Source: Rhodospirillales bacterium (GTDB taxonomy: Bacteria > Pseudomonadota > Alphaproteobacteria > Acetobacterales > Acetobacteraceae). From it: a DNA stretch of 64,000 nucleotides. Below, piece by piece: positions 46,011 through 56,174 of the stretch. Positions within the stretch are counted from its first letter, which is position 1; each line of letters opens with the position of its first letter. The notes under the pieces are model-generated. The model was not told the DNA's origin. It ran no database searches and worked only from the letters and a program-made list of their open reading frames with translations. Made by a program: the position numbers and the translations under genes. The stretch is taken from positions 364 through 64,363 of the forward strand of contig JANYFG010000077.1 in assembly GCA_025362815.1 (NCBI GenBank), in the 5' to 3' direction.

Positions 46011-47678
46011 TCAGGCGGCCGGCATAAGCGCCAGAGACGGGCTGGTGGCCGGGGTGTTGGCCGCGTTGTGCAGAACAACGCGGCCGCGGCCGCCGTTCTT
46101 GGCGCAATAGAGGGCTGCGTCGGTGGCGAGAAGCAGGGTTTGCGCCGAGGAGATGTCGGCGTGGCCGTAAGCCGGATTGAATGTCGCCACACCGGCGCTG
46201 ATCGAAAGGTGGCCGGAGTTGGCACCGACATGGGGCACGGCCAGCGCGTTGATCTGGCGCACCAGCCGTTCGGCCACCCGCATGGCGCTGATCACGTCGG
46301 TATCGGGCAAGATGATGGCGAATTCCTCGCCGCCGTAGCGTGAAGCCGTGTCGAAGGATTGCCTGACGGCATCGCAGATGGCGGCTGCCACGGTCTGCAG
46401 GCAGAGGTCGCCGGCGGGATGGCCATAGCTGTCGTTGTAGCGTTTGAAGTGATCGACATCGATCATCACCAGCGAGAGGTTTCGTCCGGTGCGCAACGAT
46501 TGCTGCCATTCGAGGGCCAGCGTTTCATCGAAATAGCGGCGATTGGCAAGGCCGGTCAGCGCATCCTGCTGCGCCTGCTTTTCCAGACGCAGGTCGCGAT
46601 CGGCGATCTGTGCCACCGCCTGGTTGAACACCGCGGCGAGGCGGCCGAGTTCGCCCACCGCGAAGATCGGCATGGCGGCGCTCGATGCAACATCGCCATC
46701 TCCCAGCCGGCGTGCGGCCTCGCCCAGCGCGTCGAGCGGCCGGATGATGGAATAGGATGCCAGGACCAAGGCCATCGAGACACCGGCCAGGAGCATCAGC
46801 ACCGTCACCGCCAGGCCCGCGCGAAGCTGGGCATCCGCTTCGGCCAGGATCACCGAGACGGGAATGCCGACCGACACGATCGTCCTGGACCACGCATTGC
46901 CGGGCAGCCGGCGAAACCCGATGATACGCTCCACACCGTCCAGGTCGGTCACGCGCGCCACGCCTTCGGATTGCCGGCGCAGCAGCGCCATGAGCGGATG
47001 CGCCGGAAAATGCTGCCCCACCCATTGCGCCGGGTTGGCGGAGCGGGCCAGGATGGTGCCGTCACGCGCGTCCATCACCGTCACCGTGGCGCCCGCGGCT
47101 TGGGGCAGGCGTGCCGCGATGTCGGAGAACCAGGCCAGATTCATGGCCGCCGACGCCGCGACGGCCCTGGGGTTGAGGCCGGGGTTGCCGAAGCCGGCGC
47201 CGACGACCATCGTGGGTTGGCCGGTGCTGCGCGATATCAGGAATTCGCTGACGATCTCAGGCGGAGCGTCCGGCTGGGTCACGTCGATGAACCAGACGCG
47301 GTCTGCGACGTTCACCTTCGCCGGCGCGGGGGAGAGGCTGTTGCAGGCGATCGACCCGTCCGCCGCGACCACCGAGATGGAGTCCAGCCGCGGATGCTCC
47401 TCGGTGACCTTGCGGAGCAAGGCGTGGCATTCGCCTGGCAAGGCCTGGGCCACGGCGGGAACCAGCTTCAAAAGACGCAGCACGCTGGCGGCTTCCTGCA
47501 CGCTGTCATCCTCGTTGGCGGCGGCGAGCCGGGCCAGTTCCACCACCCTGTCCGTTGCGTGTGAGATCGCGTTGTCGCGACTTTGGCTGGCCTGCAGAAG
47601 CTCCAGCCCAAGCATCGGGGCGGCCACCACGATGGCGACCAGGACAATCCTTGCACGAACGCCGGAGAGCAGCTTCAT
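46011..47678 (-). CDS. Sensor diguanylate cyclase (periplasmic Cache-like domain, HAMP, GGDEF)
   Basis: There are two TM segments flanking a ~270-aa extracytoplasmic domain. The active site is RYGGEEF and the I-site-like motif is RQSD. I chose the start at MKLLSG. Confidence 0.85.
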   Translation of the reverse strand: MKLLSGVRARIVLVAIVVAAPMLGLELLQASQSRDNAISHATDRVVELARLAAANEDDSVQEAASVLRLLKLVPAVAQALPGECHALLRKVTEEHPRLDSISVVAADGSIACNSLSPAPAKVNVADRVWFIDVTQPDAPPEIVSEFLISRSTGQPTMVVGAGFGNPGLNPRAVAASAAMNLAWFSDIAARLPQAAGATVTVMDARDGTILARSANPAQWVGQHFPAHPLMALLRRQSEGVARVTDLDGVERIIGFRRLPGNAWSRTIVSVGIPVSVILAEADAQLRAGLAVTVLMLLAGVSMALVLASYSIIRPLDALGEAARRLGDGDVASSAAMPIFAVGELGRLAAVFNQAVAQIADRDLRLEKQAQQDALTGLANRRYFDETLALEWQQSLRTGRNLSLVMIDVDHFKRYNDSYGHPAGDLCLQTVAAAICDAVRQSFDTASRYGGEEFAIILPDTDVISAMRVAERLVRQINALAVPHVGANSGHLSISAGVATFNPAYGHADISSAQTLLLATDAALYCAKNGGRGRVVLHNAANTPATSPSLALMPAA

Positions 47679-47795
47679 CGGATCGACCCCTCGAAGCAGC
47701 CACCGGCTGCGGTGAGGCATAATCACGGGTCAATCACGAAAAAACTGTTACCGTCCTCACATCATTCTCGCTTTGGCCGGCAACCAATTTTGGGG

Positions 47796-48263
47796 TCAGC
47801 CCAAAGCCGCCACCGCGGCGGCCACCTCCACGGCATGGCCGTCCACCTTTACCTTGGGCCAGACACGGGCGATTTTTCCTTGCTTATCAACGAGGAAGGT
47901 CGCGCGCTCCATTCCCATGTAGGTTTTCCCATACATCGATTTCTCCGCCCATACGCCATAGGCCTCCGCCACCTTGGTCTGTTCGTCGGAGGCGAGCGGG
48001 AAGGTCAGTCCATATTTTTCGGCGAATTTCTCGATCGGCTTCATCTTGTCCTTGGACACGCCGATCACCGCCACGCCGAGCTTGCCGAGCTGTGGCAGGG
48101 CCTCCTGAAAGGCGCAGGCCTCCTTGGTGCAGCCGGGCGTGTCGGCCTTTGGGTAGAAATAGAGCACGAACGGCTTGCCCTTGAAGTCTGCCAGGCTGGC
48201 GGTGCGGCCACCGCTGGCGGGCATGGCGAAATCAGGGGCTTGGTCGCCGATGGCAAGTGTCAT
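47796..48263 (-). CDS. bcp: Thioredoxin-dependent peroxiredoxin Bcp
   Basis: FVLYFYPKADTPGCTKEAC is the diagnostic motif. The ATG overlaps the glnE stop. Confidence 0.9.
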   Translation of the reverse strand: MTLAIGDQAPDFAMPASGGRTASLADFKGKPFVLYFYPKADTPGCTKEACAFQEALPQLGKLGVAVIGVSKDKMKPIEKFAEKYGLTFPLASDEQTKVAEAYGVWAEKSMYGKTYMGMERATFLVDKQGKIARVWPKVKVDGHAVEVAAAVAALG

Positions 48264-51193
48264 GATTGGGTCGGTCCCACCAGGGTTGTGAAAAGCGCGC
48301 GCACGTCTTGCGCCATGCGGTCCAAGGTGGCCCGAACATCGGCGGGGTCAACCGCCGGCTCGCCCGCTTCGCGCACCGCGCGCAACAGCTGCGTGGCGGC
48401 GGCGTCTGACAGGGTCTGCGGCGGCCTTGCGCCGTCGGTGAGCCGCAGCATGCCTTGCACGGTGCGCCAGAGATGATCGGCGCGGATGAGCAAGGCGGCG
48501 TCTGCCTTCGACAGATGGTTCTGCGCGCGCAACCCCGCCACAGCGAAGCGCAACGTCGTGGCGACCGGGCCGTGCAGCAACTGCAGAACCTGAACCACGA
48601 ACTCTACCTCGATCTGGCCACCGGCGCGCAGTTTTACGTCCCATGCGGCCGCCTTGGGTTGATCGCGCACCATGCGGGCGCGCATGGCGGCGGCGTCTGC
48701 CCGCACCTTCGTGCGATCCGCCTTGAGGATGGCGGCGTGGATCAGCGCCTCGACGCGATGGCGCAGGCGTGGCGGGCCGGCCACCACACGGGCGCGGGTG
48801 AGCGCCATACGCTCCCACGTCCAGGCCTGGCCCTCGTGATAGGCCTCGAACGCCGCCAGCGACACCGCCACCGGGCCCTTGTTGCCGGATGGGCGCAGCC
48901 GCATGTCGACATCGTAGGTGGGGCCCTCGGAATCAGGCGCGGTCAGGGCGGCGACGAACCCGTGCACGGCGCGGATGAACCACTGGCTGGCGGGCAGGCG
49001 GCGGGTGCCGTCACCCACCGCCTTCGCACTTTGCGTGACGGTGGGGGGATGATCGTAGATGAGCATGAGGTCGAGGTCCGAGCCCGCCATCGTCTCCCGC
49101 CCACCGGCCTTGCCGAGCAGCACCACCGCCATGCCGCCGCCGCGCACCCGGCCGTAGCGTTCGGCGAAATCGGCCATCACCAGCGGCAGCAGTGCCGCGA
49201 GCGAGGCGTCGGCCAGTGCGGCGCGGCGCAGGCCGGCGGCATCGGCGTCGAGCCGGCCTTCCAACGTGGCGACGCTGATGGCGAAATCGGTTTCGCGCAC
49301 GGTGGCGCGGATGATGGCGATCGATTCTTCCAGGCCCGACGCGGTGGCGAGGCGCTTTTTCAGCCGCGGCCCGATCGGCGTGTCGTCGAGATCGCCGAGC
49401 AGGCCGTCGAGCGCGGAGGGTGTTCGGGCCAGGTAGTCGGCCAACTGGGGTGCGGCGCCGAGGATGTCGGCGATGCGGCCGACGAGGTCGAGATTGCGCT
49501 GGAACATCGACAGAAGCTGCACGCCGGCAGGCAGCCGCTCCAGCAGCGAGGCGAAGCGCATGAAGGCGGCGTCTGGCAACGGCTGGCGACCCAGGGCTGT
49601 GAGCAGGCCCGGCAGCATCGGCCCCAGCAGATCCCGCGCGCGATGCGACCGCATGGCGCGGACGCGGCCGGACTGCCAGCCATAGACGGCGTGCGCGATG
49701 CGGTCCGGATGCTGAAATCCCATCTCCTGCAACGCGGCGATGGTGGATGGCGGCGGGTCCGTGCCGCTGAAATCGAGCGGCGGGGCCACGGCGGGATTGG
49801 GCACCGCGCCGAACACGGCGTCGTAGTGCCGGCGCACACGGTCGAGCTGGCGCAGCAAGGCGGCCGCGAAGGCCTCGGCATCCTCGTAGCCCATGAAGAC
49901 AGCGAATTTTTCGAGCCCTTCCCGGGTTTCGGGCAGCACATGGGTCTGTCGATCGGCCGTCATCTGCAGGCGATGTTCCACGCCGCGCAGGAAGCGGTAG
50001 GCGGATGCGAGCTCGCTTGCGGTATGCTGCGTCACGCGGCCGGCACGAACCAGCAGGCGCAAGGCGGGCAGGCTGCGGGGTTCACGCAAGGCAGGGTCGC
50101 GGCCGCCCCAGACGAGTTGCAGCGTCTGCACCAGGAACTCGATCTCGCGAATGCCGCCTTCGCCCAGTTTCACGTTGTGGCCGGCGATGCGTGCCACACG
50201 GTCGGGCGATTGCGTGAGCGCGGTTTTCTTGTGCGCGTCGATGCGTCGCTTCATGGCGGAAATATCGGCCACGGCGGCGAAATCGAGATGGCGGCGCCAG
50301 ATAAACGGGCGGATCGCCTCGAGGAAAGCGTGGCCCATGGCGAGGTCGCCGGCGATGGGGCGGGCTTTCAGCATGGCCGCACGTTCCCAGTTCTGACCCA
50401 TGCTTTCGTAATAGGCGATGGCGGCGTGCAGGTTGACGCAAGCGGGCGTGGCGGAGGGGTCCGGGCGCAGGCGCAGGTCGGTACGGAACACGTAGCCATC
50501 CACGTCGCGCGCTTCCATCAACGTGACAAGGCCGCGCGACAATCTGCTAAACCAGCCGGAACATTGATCGCCGCGATAAACGCCGGCATCGGGATCATGC
50601 AGGAGCACGAGATCGACATCGCTGGAATAGTTCAGCTCGAAGGCGCCGAGCTTGCCCATGGCCAGAACGACGAAGCCACAGCCTGTTTCGGGGTCGGCGG
50701 GATGTGGCAGCACGAGATCGGAGCGATCGTGGCCGGCGCGCAGCAGATGCGCCACGGATTTGCGCAACGCCGTGCCGGCGAGGTCGGACAGCGCCTGGGT
50801 CACGCGGTCGAGCTTCCAGATGCCACCGATATCGGCGAGCGCGGTGGCCAGCGCCACCTGCCGTTTGGCCTCGCGCAGCGCGCGCGCCAGGCGCGGCTGG
50901 GGCCAGGTGGGGGAAATGGCCGAAAGCGCGGCCATCGCCTTGGCAACCACCGCGTCGGGCCCGCGTTGGACGAGCACCCTGACCGACGCGGCCTCCCGCA
51001 GCGCGAGATCGGCGAGATAGGGGCTGTTGCCGCCGATGCATGCCAACATGGCACCCCCCTTCCCCCGCGTGAGCCGGGCTTCGGAAGGCCCCAGCGCCGC
51101 GAAACGCTCCAACAGGCGGGCGGCGGCACCGTGATCGGTGGGCGACGGCCAGATGCTTGGCAGAACAAAGCTGTGAGCGGCGGGCTTGCGCAT
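48260..51193 (-). CDS. glnE: Bifunctional glutamine synthetase adenylyltransferase/adenylyl-removing enzyme
   Basis: This protein of about 977 aa has two nucleotidyltransferase domains (GKLGAFELNYSSDVDL and GKAGGRETMAGSDLDL). I chose the start at MRKPAAH (51193). Confidence 0.9.
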   Translation of the reverse strand: MRKPAAHSFVLPSIWPSPTDHGAAARLLERFAALGPSEARLTRGKGGAMLACIGGNSPYLADLALREAASVRVLVQRGPDAVVAKAMAALSAISPTWPQPRLARALREAKRQVALATALADIGGIWKLDRVTQALSDLAGTALRKSVAHLLRAGHDRSDLVLPHPADPETGCGFVVLAMGKLGAFELNYSSDVDLVLLHDPDAGVYRGDQCSGWFSRLSRGLVTLMEARDVDGYVFRTDLRLRPDPSATPACVNLHAAIAYYESMGQNWERAAMLKARPIAGDLAMGHAFLEAIRPFIWRRHLDFAAVADISAMKRRIDAHKKTALTQSPDRVARIAGHNVKLGEGGIREIEFLVQTLQLVWGGRDPALREPRSLPALRLLVRAGRVTQHTASELASAYRFLRGVEHRLQMTADRQTHVLPETREGLEKFAVFMGYEDAEAFAAALLRQLDRVRRHYDAVFGAVPNPAVAPPLDFSGTDPPPSTIAALQEMGFQHPDRIAHAVYGWQSGRVRAMRSHRARDLLGPMLPGLLTALGRQPLPDAAFMRFASLLERLPAGVQLLSMFQRNLDLVGRIADILGAAPQLADYLARTPSALDGLLGDLDDTPIGPRLKKRLATASGLEESIAIIRATVRETDFAISVATLEGRLDADAAGLRRAALADASLAALLPLVMADFAERYGRVRGGGMAVVLLGKAGGRETMAGSDLDLMLIYDHPPTVTQSAKAVGDGTRRLPASQWFIRAVHGFVAALTAPDSEGPTYDVDMRLRPSGNKGPVAVSLAAFEAYHEGQAWTWERMALTRARVVAGPPRLRHRVEALIHAAILKADRTKVRADAAAMRARMVRDQPKAAAWDVKLRAGGQIEVEFVVQVLQLLHGPVATTLRFAVAGLRAQNHLSKADAALLIRADHLWRTVQGMLRLTDGARPPQTLSDAAATQLLRAVREAGEPAVDPADVRATLDRMAQDVRALFTTLVGPTQS

Positions 51194-51207
51194 ATGACAG
51201 GCTGGCC

Positions 51208-54200
51208 ATGAGCCCCGGCGCGGGTCAAGCCGCCAAAGCCGGTATGCTGCTGGGAGCCGGCCGCGTGGGAAGGTGGCTGCATCGCCTGGTGCAGGTGCTG
51301 CTGGCACTGGTGATCGTGGCGGGCCTGGCGGTGGCCGTGCTGGCGGTGCGGCTGGCGCAGGGGCCGATGGACGTGGCGTGGCTGGCGCGGCGGGTCACGC
51401 GCAATGCGATCACCCAGGCCCAGGTCACGATCGGCGGCGCCACGCTGTCGTGGCAGGGGCTGCATGGCGGGATGTCGCGTCCTTTGGATGTGGTTCTGTC
51501 GGGCGTCGATATCGCGCTGCCGGATGGCGTTGAGCTGGTGGCGTTCGACAGGGCGGCGGTGTCGTTGAACGCCGGCGCGCTGCTGCACGCGACGATCGCG
51601 CCCTCGGCGATCGACGTGAGGGGCGCCCGCGCGAAGCTCTCACGCGGCAGCGACGGCACGATCGGCATCGCGGGCATGGCGCCCCGGCAGGCCACCGCCA
51701 CCCCGGACAAGGCCTCGCCGTCCTCTATGCAGGACAGGCTGCGAACGCTGGATCATGTGCGGATCGAAGGCGCGCGGATCGATGTCGCCGATGCGCAGCT
51801 GGGCACGGATTGGAGCGTGGCGGCGATCAACGTGGATGTGGGCCGGGCGGGGGACAACGCTGCGGGGAAAGCGGCGCTGACGCTGTCGATCGGCGACCAG
51901 ACCATTCCGGTGGAGGCCGATTTGGCGCTGCTGGCCGATGGCGCGGGCCTTGTCGCACGGCCGCGCATCGGCGTGTTCAATCCGGCGAGCATTGCCGCGC
52001 TGTCTCCGGTGCTGGCCCCGATGGCGGCTTTGGACGCGAAGCTGCATCTGGCCGCGGACGTGGCGCTCGGTGGGGATTTCACGCTGCGCACGGCCCATGT
52101 GGCGGCCGAGATCGAGGCGGGCGCCTTGCATATCGGCGACGGTGTCATGCCAATCCGGGCGGCGTCCCTGTCCGCCGATATCACGCCGTCCACCCTCGAG
52201 CTGGAGGTGGGCAAGCTGGTGCAGCAGGCACGCGAGGAGGCTCGGCCCACCGTTTTCACCGGCCATGTCTCGGCCCGGCGCGGCGGCGGCAAGGTGGATG
52301 CCACCATCGTCGTGGACGTGGATCAGGTGGCGTTCGCGGATCTGGCGGCGTTGTGGCCGAAGGGCGTGGGCGGGCCGGGCACGCGGCCCTGGATCACCGA
52401 GAACATCACCGCGGGCGTGGCGAGCAACGGCCATGTGAAGGCGGTGGTGTCGGCGCCGGAGGATTTCTCCGATGCCACGCTGACCCATATCGAAGGCGGC
52501 ATCGATGGGGAGGACATCACCGCCACCTGGCTGCGGCCGGTGCCGCCGATCGAGCATGGCAGCGCGCGGGTGGTGTTCGTGGACCCGGACACGCTGGACA
52601 TTCTGATCTCCCGCGGCCGGCAGGTGGGCGGGCAGCTGATGCTCAAGCCAAGCCGGGTGCGCCTGACCGGCATTGCCGGGCACGACCAGTTCATCGCCAT
52701 CCAGGGCGATATCTTCGGGCCGTTCGCCGATCTCATCACGCTTCTGAAGCATCCGAAGATCCATCTTCTGGACCGCCGGCCCATCGATCTGCGCAATCCG
52801 CAAGGCAGCGTGACCGGGCAGATCACGGTCGATTTTCCGCTGAAGAACGACCTGGATATCGACAAGGTGGCCATCCATGCCACCGGCAAGCTGTCGGGCG
52901 GGCATCTCGGCGGCATCGCCGTCGGCCGCGATATCGACAAGGCGATGCTGGACTTCGATGTGAGCAACGATGGGCTGAAGATCGGCGGCAACGCCGATAT
53001 CGCGACCATTCCGGCGGTGCTTTCGATCGAGATGGATTTCAGGTCGGGCGGTCCCACCCAGGTGATGGAAAAGATCGGCGTGACGGCGACGGTGACGGCA
53101 CGGATGCTGGCCGGGCTGGGCGCGCCGGTGGACGGCGTGATGACCGGCGCGATGGGGCTGAAGGTGGATTACCTCGACCGCCGCGACACCACCGGCGATC
53201 TGGCCGTCACCGGCGATCTCACACGCGCCTCGTTCAATGGCGGGCGGCTGCCGTGGCGCAAGGAGGTGGGTTCGGCCGGCACGCTGGACGCGCATGTTCT
53301 GCTCAAGGCCGGCAAGATCGTCAGCATCGATCGCGTGCGGGCGGAGGCGCCGGGGCTTTCGGTGCAGGTGGCCGCCGATACCGTGGGCGGGCAGCCCGAT
53401 CTGGTGCGCATCCAGCGCCTCATCCTCGGCAAAACCACCGACATCACGGGAAGTGTGCGGCTGCCGCAGCGCGACGGGCAGCCTTATGTGGCGGACATCA
53501 AGGGACCGTCGCTGGACCTGTCGGGGGAGTTCGACCGGAAGAAACAACCCGCGTCCGGTGAGACGAAAGCGACAAAGACGCCCCCTTTTCGGGCCGATGT
53601 GGCGATCGGGCGGGTGTTGATGGCGGGCGGGCGGCCGATGACCCAGGTGGCGGCGCACGCCGAGCATGACGGCACGCAGACCAACCGGGCGCGGCTATCG
53701 GCGATCGTGGGCACCGGGCCGGTGGTGGTGAACCTCACCCCGGCACAAGGTGGCCGACGGCTGGCGGCGGAGGCGCAGGATGCCGGCGCGCTGCTGCGCA
53801 CGCTGGATGTGATGCCCACCATGCTCGGCGGCAATCTGACCGTGACCGGAAACTATACCGGTGCCGGCGATGCCCAGGTGCTGCACGCCACGGCGAGGCT
53901 CGACGATTTCCGCATCCGCAACGCGCCCTCGATCGGGCGCATCCTGCAGGCGATGTCCCTGTATGGGCTGGTGGAGCTGGCACAGGGGCCGGGGCTGGGC
54001 TTCACCCGCATGGTGGCGCCGTTCAGCTATGACGGCGACGTGCTGACCCTGGAGGATGCACGTGCCTACAGCGCCTCGCTGGGCATCACCGCCAAGGGCC
54101 GTGTCGATTTGTCGGGCAACAAGGCCGACATCGAGGGCACCGTGATTCCGGCCTATTTCTTCAATTCGCTTCTGGGGCGTATTCCGCTGGTGGGGCAGCT

Positions 54201-54387
54201 CTTCTCGCCGGAGCGGGGCGGCGGGGTGTTCGCTGCGACCTACAGCGTGCGCGGCAGCCTGGACGACCCCTCGGTTGGGGTAAACCCGCTGGCGGCGCTG
54301 ACGCCGGGGTTTCTGCGCGGGTTCTTCGATATTTTTGACACCGATCCGGCGAGCGCGGGCAATGCGAAGACGCCAACGCCACGTTGA
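51208..54387 (+). CDS. AsmA-like/YhdP-family large envelope protein (DUF3971-type)
   Basis: This protein of about 1060 aa has an N-terminal TM anchor (LVQVLLALVIVAGLAVAVLAV), long beta-rich repeats, and a conserved C-terminus (GTVIPAYFFNSLLGRIPLVGQLFSPERGGGVFAATYSVRGSLDDPSV). The start is uncertain (51208 or 51244). Confidence 0.8.
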   Translation: MSPGAGQAAKAGMLLGAGRVGRWLHRLVQVLLALVIVAGLAVAVLAVRLAQGPMDVAWLARRVTRNAITQAQVTIGGATLSWQGLHGGMSRPLDVVLSGVDIALPDGVELVAFDRAAVSLNAGALLHATIAPSAIDVRGARAKLSRGSDGTIGIAGMAPRQATATPDKASPSSMQDRLRTLDHVRIEGARIDVADAQLGTDWSVAAINVDVGRAGDNAAGKAALTLSIGDQTIPVEADLALLADGAGLVARPRIGVFNPASIAALSPVLAPMAALDAKLHLAADVALGGDFTLRTAHVAAEIEAGALHIGDGVMPIRAASLSADITPSTLELEVGKLVQQAREEARPTVFTGHVSARRGGGKVDATIVVDVDQVAFADLAALWPKGVGGPGTRPWITENITAGVASNGHVKAVVSAPEDFSDATLTHIEGGIDGEDITATWLRPVPPIEHGSARVVFVDPDTLDILISRGRQVGGQLMLKPSRVRLTGIAGHDQFIAIQGDIFGPFADLITLLKHPKIHLLDRRPIDLRNPQGSVTGQITVDFPLKNDLDIDKVAIHATGKLSGGHLGGIAVGRDIDKAMLDFDVSNDGLKIGGNADIATIPAVLSIEMDFRSGGPTQVMEKIGVTATVTARMLAGLGAPVDGVMTGAMGLKVDYLDRRDTTGDLAVTGDLTRASFNGGRLPWRKEVGSAGTLDAHVLLKAGKIVSIDRVRAEAPGLSVQVAADTVGGQPDLVRIQRLILGKTTDITGSVRLPQRDGQPYVADIKGPSLDLSGEFDRKKQPASGETKATKTPPFRADVAIGRVLMAGGRPMTQVAAHAEHDGTQTNRARLSAIVGTGPVVVNLTPAQGGRRLAAEAQDAGALLRTLDVMPTMLGGNLTVTGNYTGAGDAQVLHATARLDDFRIRNAPSIGRILQAMSLYGLVELAQGPGLGFTRMVAPFSYDGDVLTLEDARAYSASLGITAKGRVDLSGNKADIEGTVIPAYFFNSLLGRIPLVGQLFSPERGGGVFAATYSVRGSLDDPSVGVNPLAALTPGFLRGFFDIFDTDPASAGNAKTPTPR

Positions 54388-54440
54388 CGCAACCCCGGCG
54401 CTGACGCCTGATGCAGCCGTATCTGCACACGAGGCTTGCG

Positions 54441-55148
54441 ATGGACGACGTCAAGGCGGTTCTGTTCGACACGTTCGGCTCGGTGGTGGACTGGCGCGGC
54501 AGCGTGGTCGCCGAAATGACCACATTCGGCCACGACAGGGGGATCGAGGCGGATTGGACCGCGTTCGCCGATGCGTGGCGCGCGGCCTACAAACCGTCGA
54601 TGGACCGGGTACGGTCCGGCGCGCGTCCGTGGACGGTGCTGGACGTGCTGCACCGCGAGTCGCTGGAAGCGCTGCTGGTGCAATTCGGGATCGCGGGGCT
54701 GTCGGAGGGCGATCTCGATCATCTGACCCGAATCTGGCACCGGCTGACACCCTGGCCTGATTCGGTGGCCGGGCTCACCCGTCTGAAGCGGCGCTATGTG
54801 ATTTCACCGCTGTCGAACGGCAATATGGCGTTGTTGGTCAATCTGGCGAAACACGCCGGCCTGCCGTGGGACACGGTGCTCGGCTCGGACATTCCACGCG
54901 CCTACAAGCCGGACCCCTCGGTGTATCTGGGCGCGTGCGCCATGCTGGGGCTGGCCCCGGGACAGGTGATGATGGCGGCGGCACATAATTACGATCTGGC
55001 GGCGGCACGGGCGCTGGGGATGCGAACAGGATTCTTCGCGCGGCCGCACGAGTATGGGCCGGCGCAGACGAAGGACGTGAAAGCCGAAAGCGACTGGGAT
55101 GTGGTGGCAGAGGATATCGGCGATCTGGCCACGCGCATGGGGTGCTGA
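54441..55148 (+). CDS. Haloacid dehalogenase type II-like HAD hydrolase
   Basis: HAD motif I is AVLFDTFGSVVDW. The blocks SNGN and KPDP are present. GAGG lies 8 nt upstream of the ATG at 54441. Confidence 0.8.
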   Translation: MDDVKAVLFDTFGSVVDWRGSVVAEMTTFGHDRGIEADWTAFADAWRAAYKPSMDRVRSGARPWTVLDVLHRESLEALLVQFGIAGLSEGDLDHLTRIWHRLTPWPDSVAGLTRLKRRYVISPLSNGNMALLVNLAKHAGLPWDTVLGSDIPRAYKPDPSVYLGACAMLGLAPGQVMMAAAHNYDLAAARALGMRTGFFARPHEYGPAQTKDVKAESDWDVVAEDIGDLATRMGC

Positions 55149-55167
55149 AAGCACGAAGTCAGGAGAT

Positions 55168-55279
55168 CTTCTTTTTCTGAAGAAAAAGAAGCAAAAAGAC
55201 TTTTATAAATTTGTCGAATATCGTGGCGACGGCTGTTTTAATTTATAAAGTTTTTTGGTTCTTTTGTTCACAAAAGAAC
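55168..55279. repeat. Two inverted AT-rich palindromic repeat units (family A variant plus family A copy 3)
   Basis: CTTCTTTTTC-tgaa-GAAAAAGAAG followed by CAAAAAGACTTTTATAAATT lies at 55168..55211. AATTTATAAAGTTTTTTGGTTCTTTTGTTCACAAAAGAAC lies at 55236..55279. The two units face each other between convergent genes. Confidence 0.85.
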
Positions 55280-56125
55280 AGCTCTCCGCTTATCCGTCGT
55301 CTGGCTTACCCGGCTCTGGCGCCACCTCGTCACGGCGGCGATGGCGCTCAGGCCCAGGGCGCAGATCAAAATCCACACGGCCGGTCGGGGGCCGTAGCTG
55401 AGGTCGAGATTGGCGCTGAGCACCTTGATGGGATCGATGCGCGTGGCGAGGCCATACCACAGCGCCTCCACGGCGGCGGTGGCCACGGCGGCGCCGATGG
55501 CGATCAGCGGCAGCGGCCACCAGTGCAGGCGCGATGCGCGCGAGGTCAGGCGCCAGATCATCTCCCACAGGAACAGCCCGGCGACGAACACAGCGGCCGT
55601 GACGTCGGCCTTGGATTGCAGGAAATAATGAAACAGCGCCAGCGCGGCCAAGGGGTAGGCGAGTTTGTGCAGCGTTTTCCAGCGCCGCCCCAGCCGCTTC
55701 ATCCAGCCATCCGTGGATGTGATGGCGAGCGCCAGCAGCCCGAGGAAAGTGACGAAGCCGATGGTGAGGTAAAAGCGCAGCGCGATTTCGGTGGCCACCT
55801 TGATGAGGTCGTATCGCTGGTCGATCACGTAGAGCATCAGGTGAATGCCGGCATAGCTGGCGGCGGCCACCCCGATCATGCGACGCAGGGGCACCAGGCG
55901 CTGCCAGTCCAGCACGGTGCGAAACGGCGTGATGGCCAGCGAGGCGAGCAGGAAATACACCGCGAAGTCGCCGGTGCCGTGCGTGACCTCGCGCACCGGG
56001 CGGCCGCCGAGGTCGCCCATCGCCCAGAGCACGCCAAGCCGGAGGCCGGGGACGACGAGGATCGCCAGCGTGATGGCACGCAGGCTGGAAAAACGGCCGC
56101 GACGATCCTGGATCAGCGAAAACAT
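55268..56125 (-). CDS. MsrQ/YedZ-like ferric-reductase-type heme-binding membrane protein with an extended C-terminus
   Basis: GGRPVREVTHGTGDFAVYFLLASLAITP...LRRMIGVAAASYAGIHLMLY matches the MsrQ pattern. There are about 2 extra C-terminal TM segments. I prefer the ATG at 56125 over the GTG at 56134. The stop TGA lies in the loop of the family A palindrome. Confidence 0.7.
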   Translation of the reverse strand: MFSLIQDRRGRFSSLRAITLAILVVPGLRLGVLWAMGDLGGRPVREVTHGTGDFAVYFLLASLAITPFRTVLDWQRLVPLRRMIGVAAASYAGIHLMLYVIDQRYDLIKVATEIALRFYLTIGFVTFLGLLALAITSTDGWMKRLGRRWKTLHKLAYPLAALALFHYFLQSKADVTAAVFVAGLFLWEMIWRLTSRASRLHWWPLPLIAIGAAVATAAVEALWYGLATRIDPIKVLSANLDLSYGPRPAVWILICALGLSAIAAVTRWRQSRVSQTTDKRRAVLL

Positions 56126-56174
56126 GCGCAACACCTTTTACTCACGGCCCAAACTACTCATGGCACAGACTGGA

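Noticed and set aside
51640-53667. 675-aa ORF antisense to the AsmA-like gene
   Set aside because: The composition is low-complexity and His/Arg/Gly/Pro-rich. The sense frame encodes a coherent 1060-aa protein with a conserved C-terminus.
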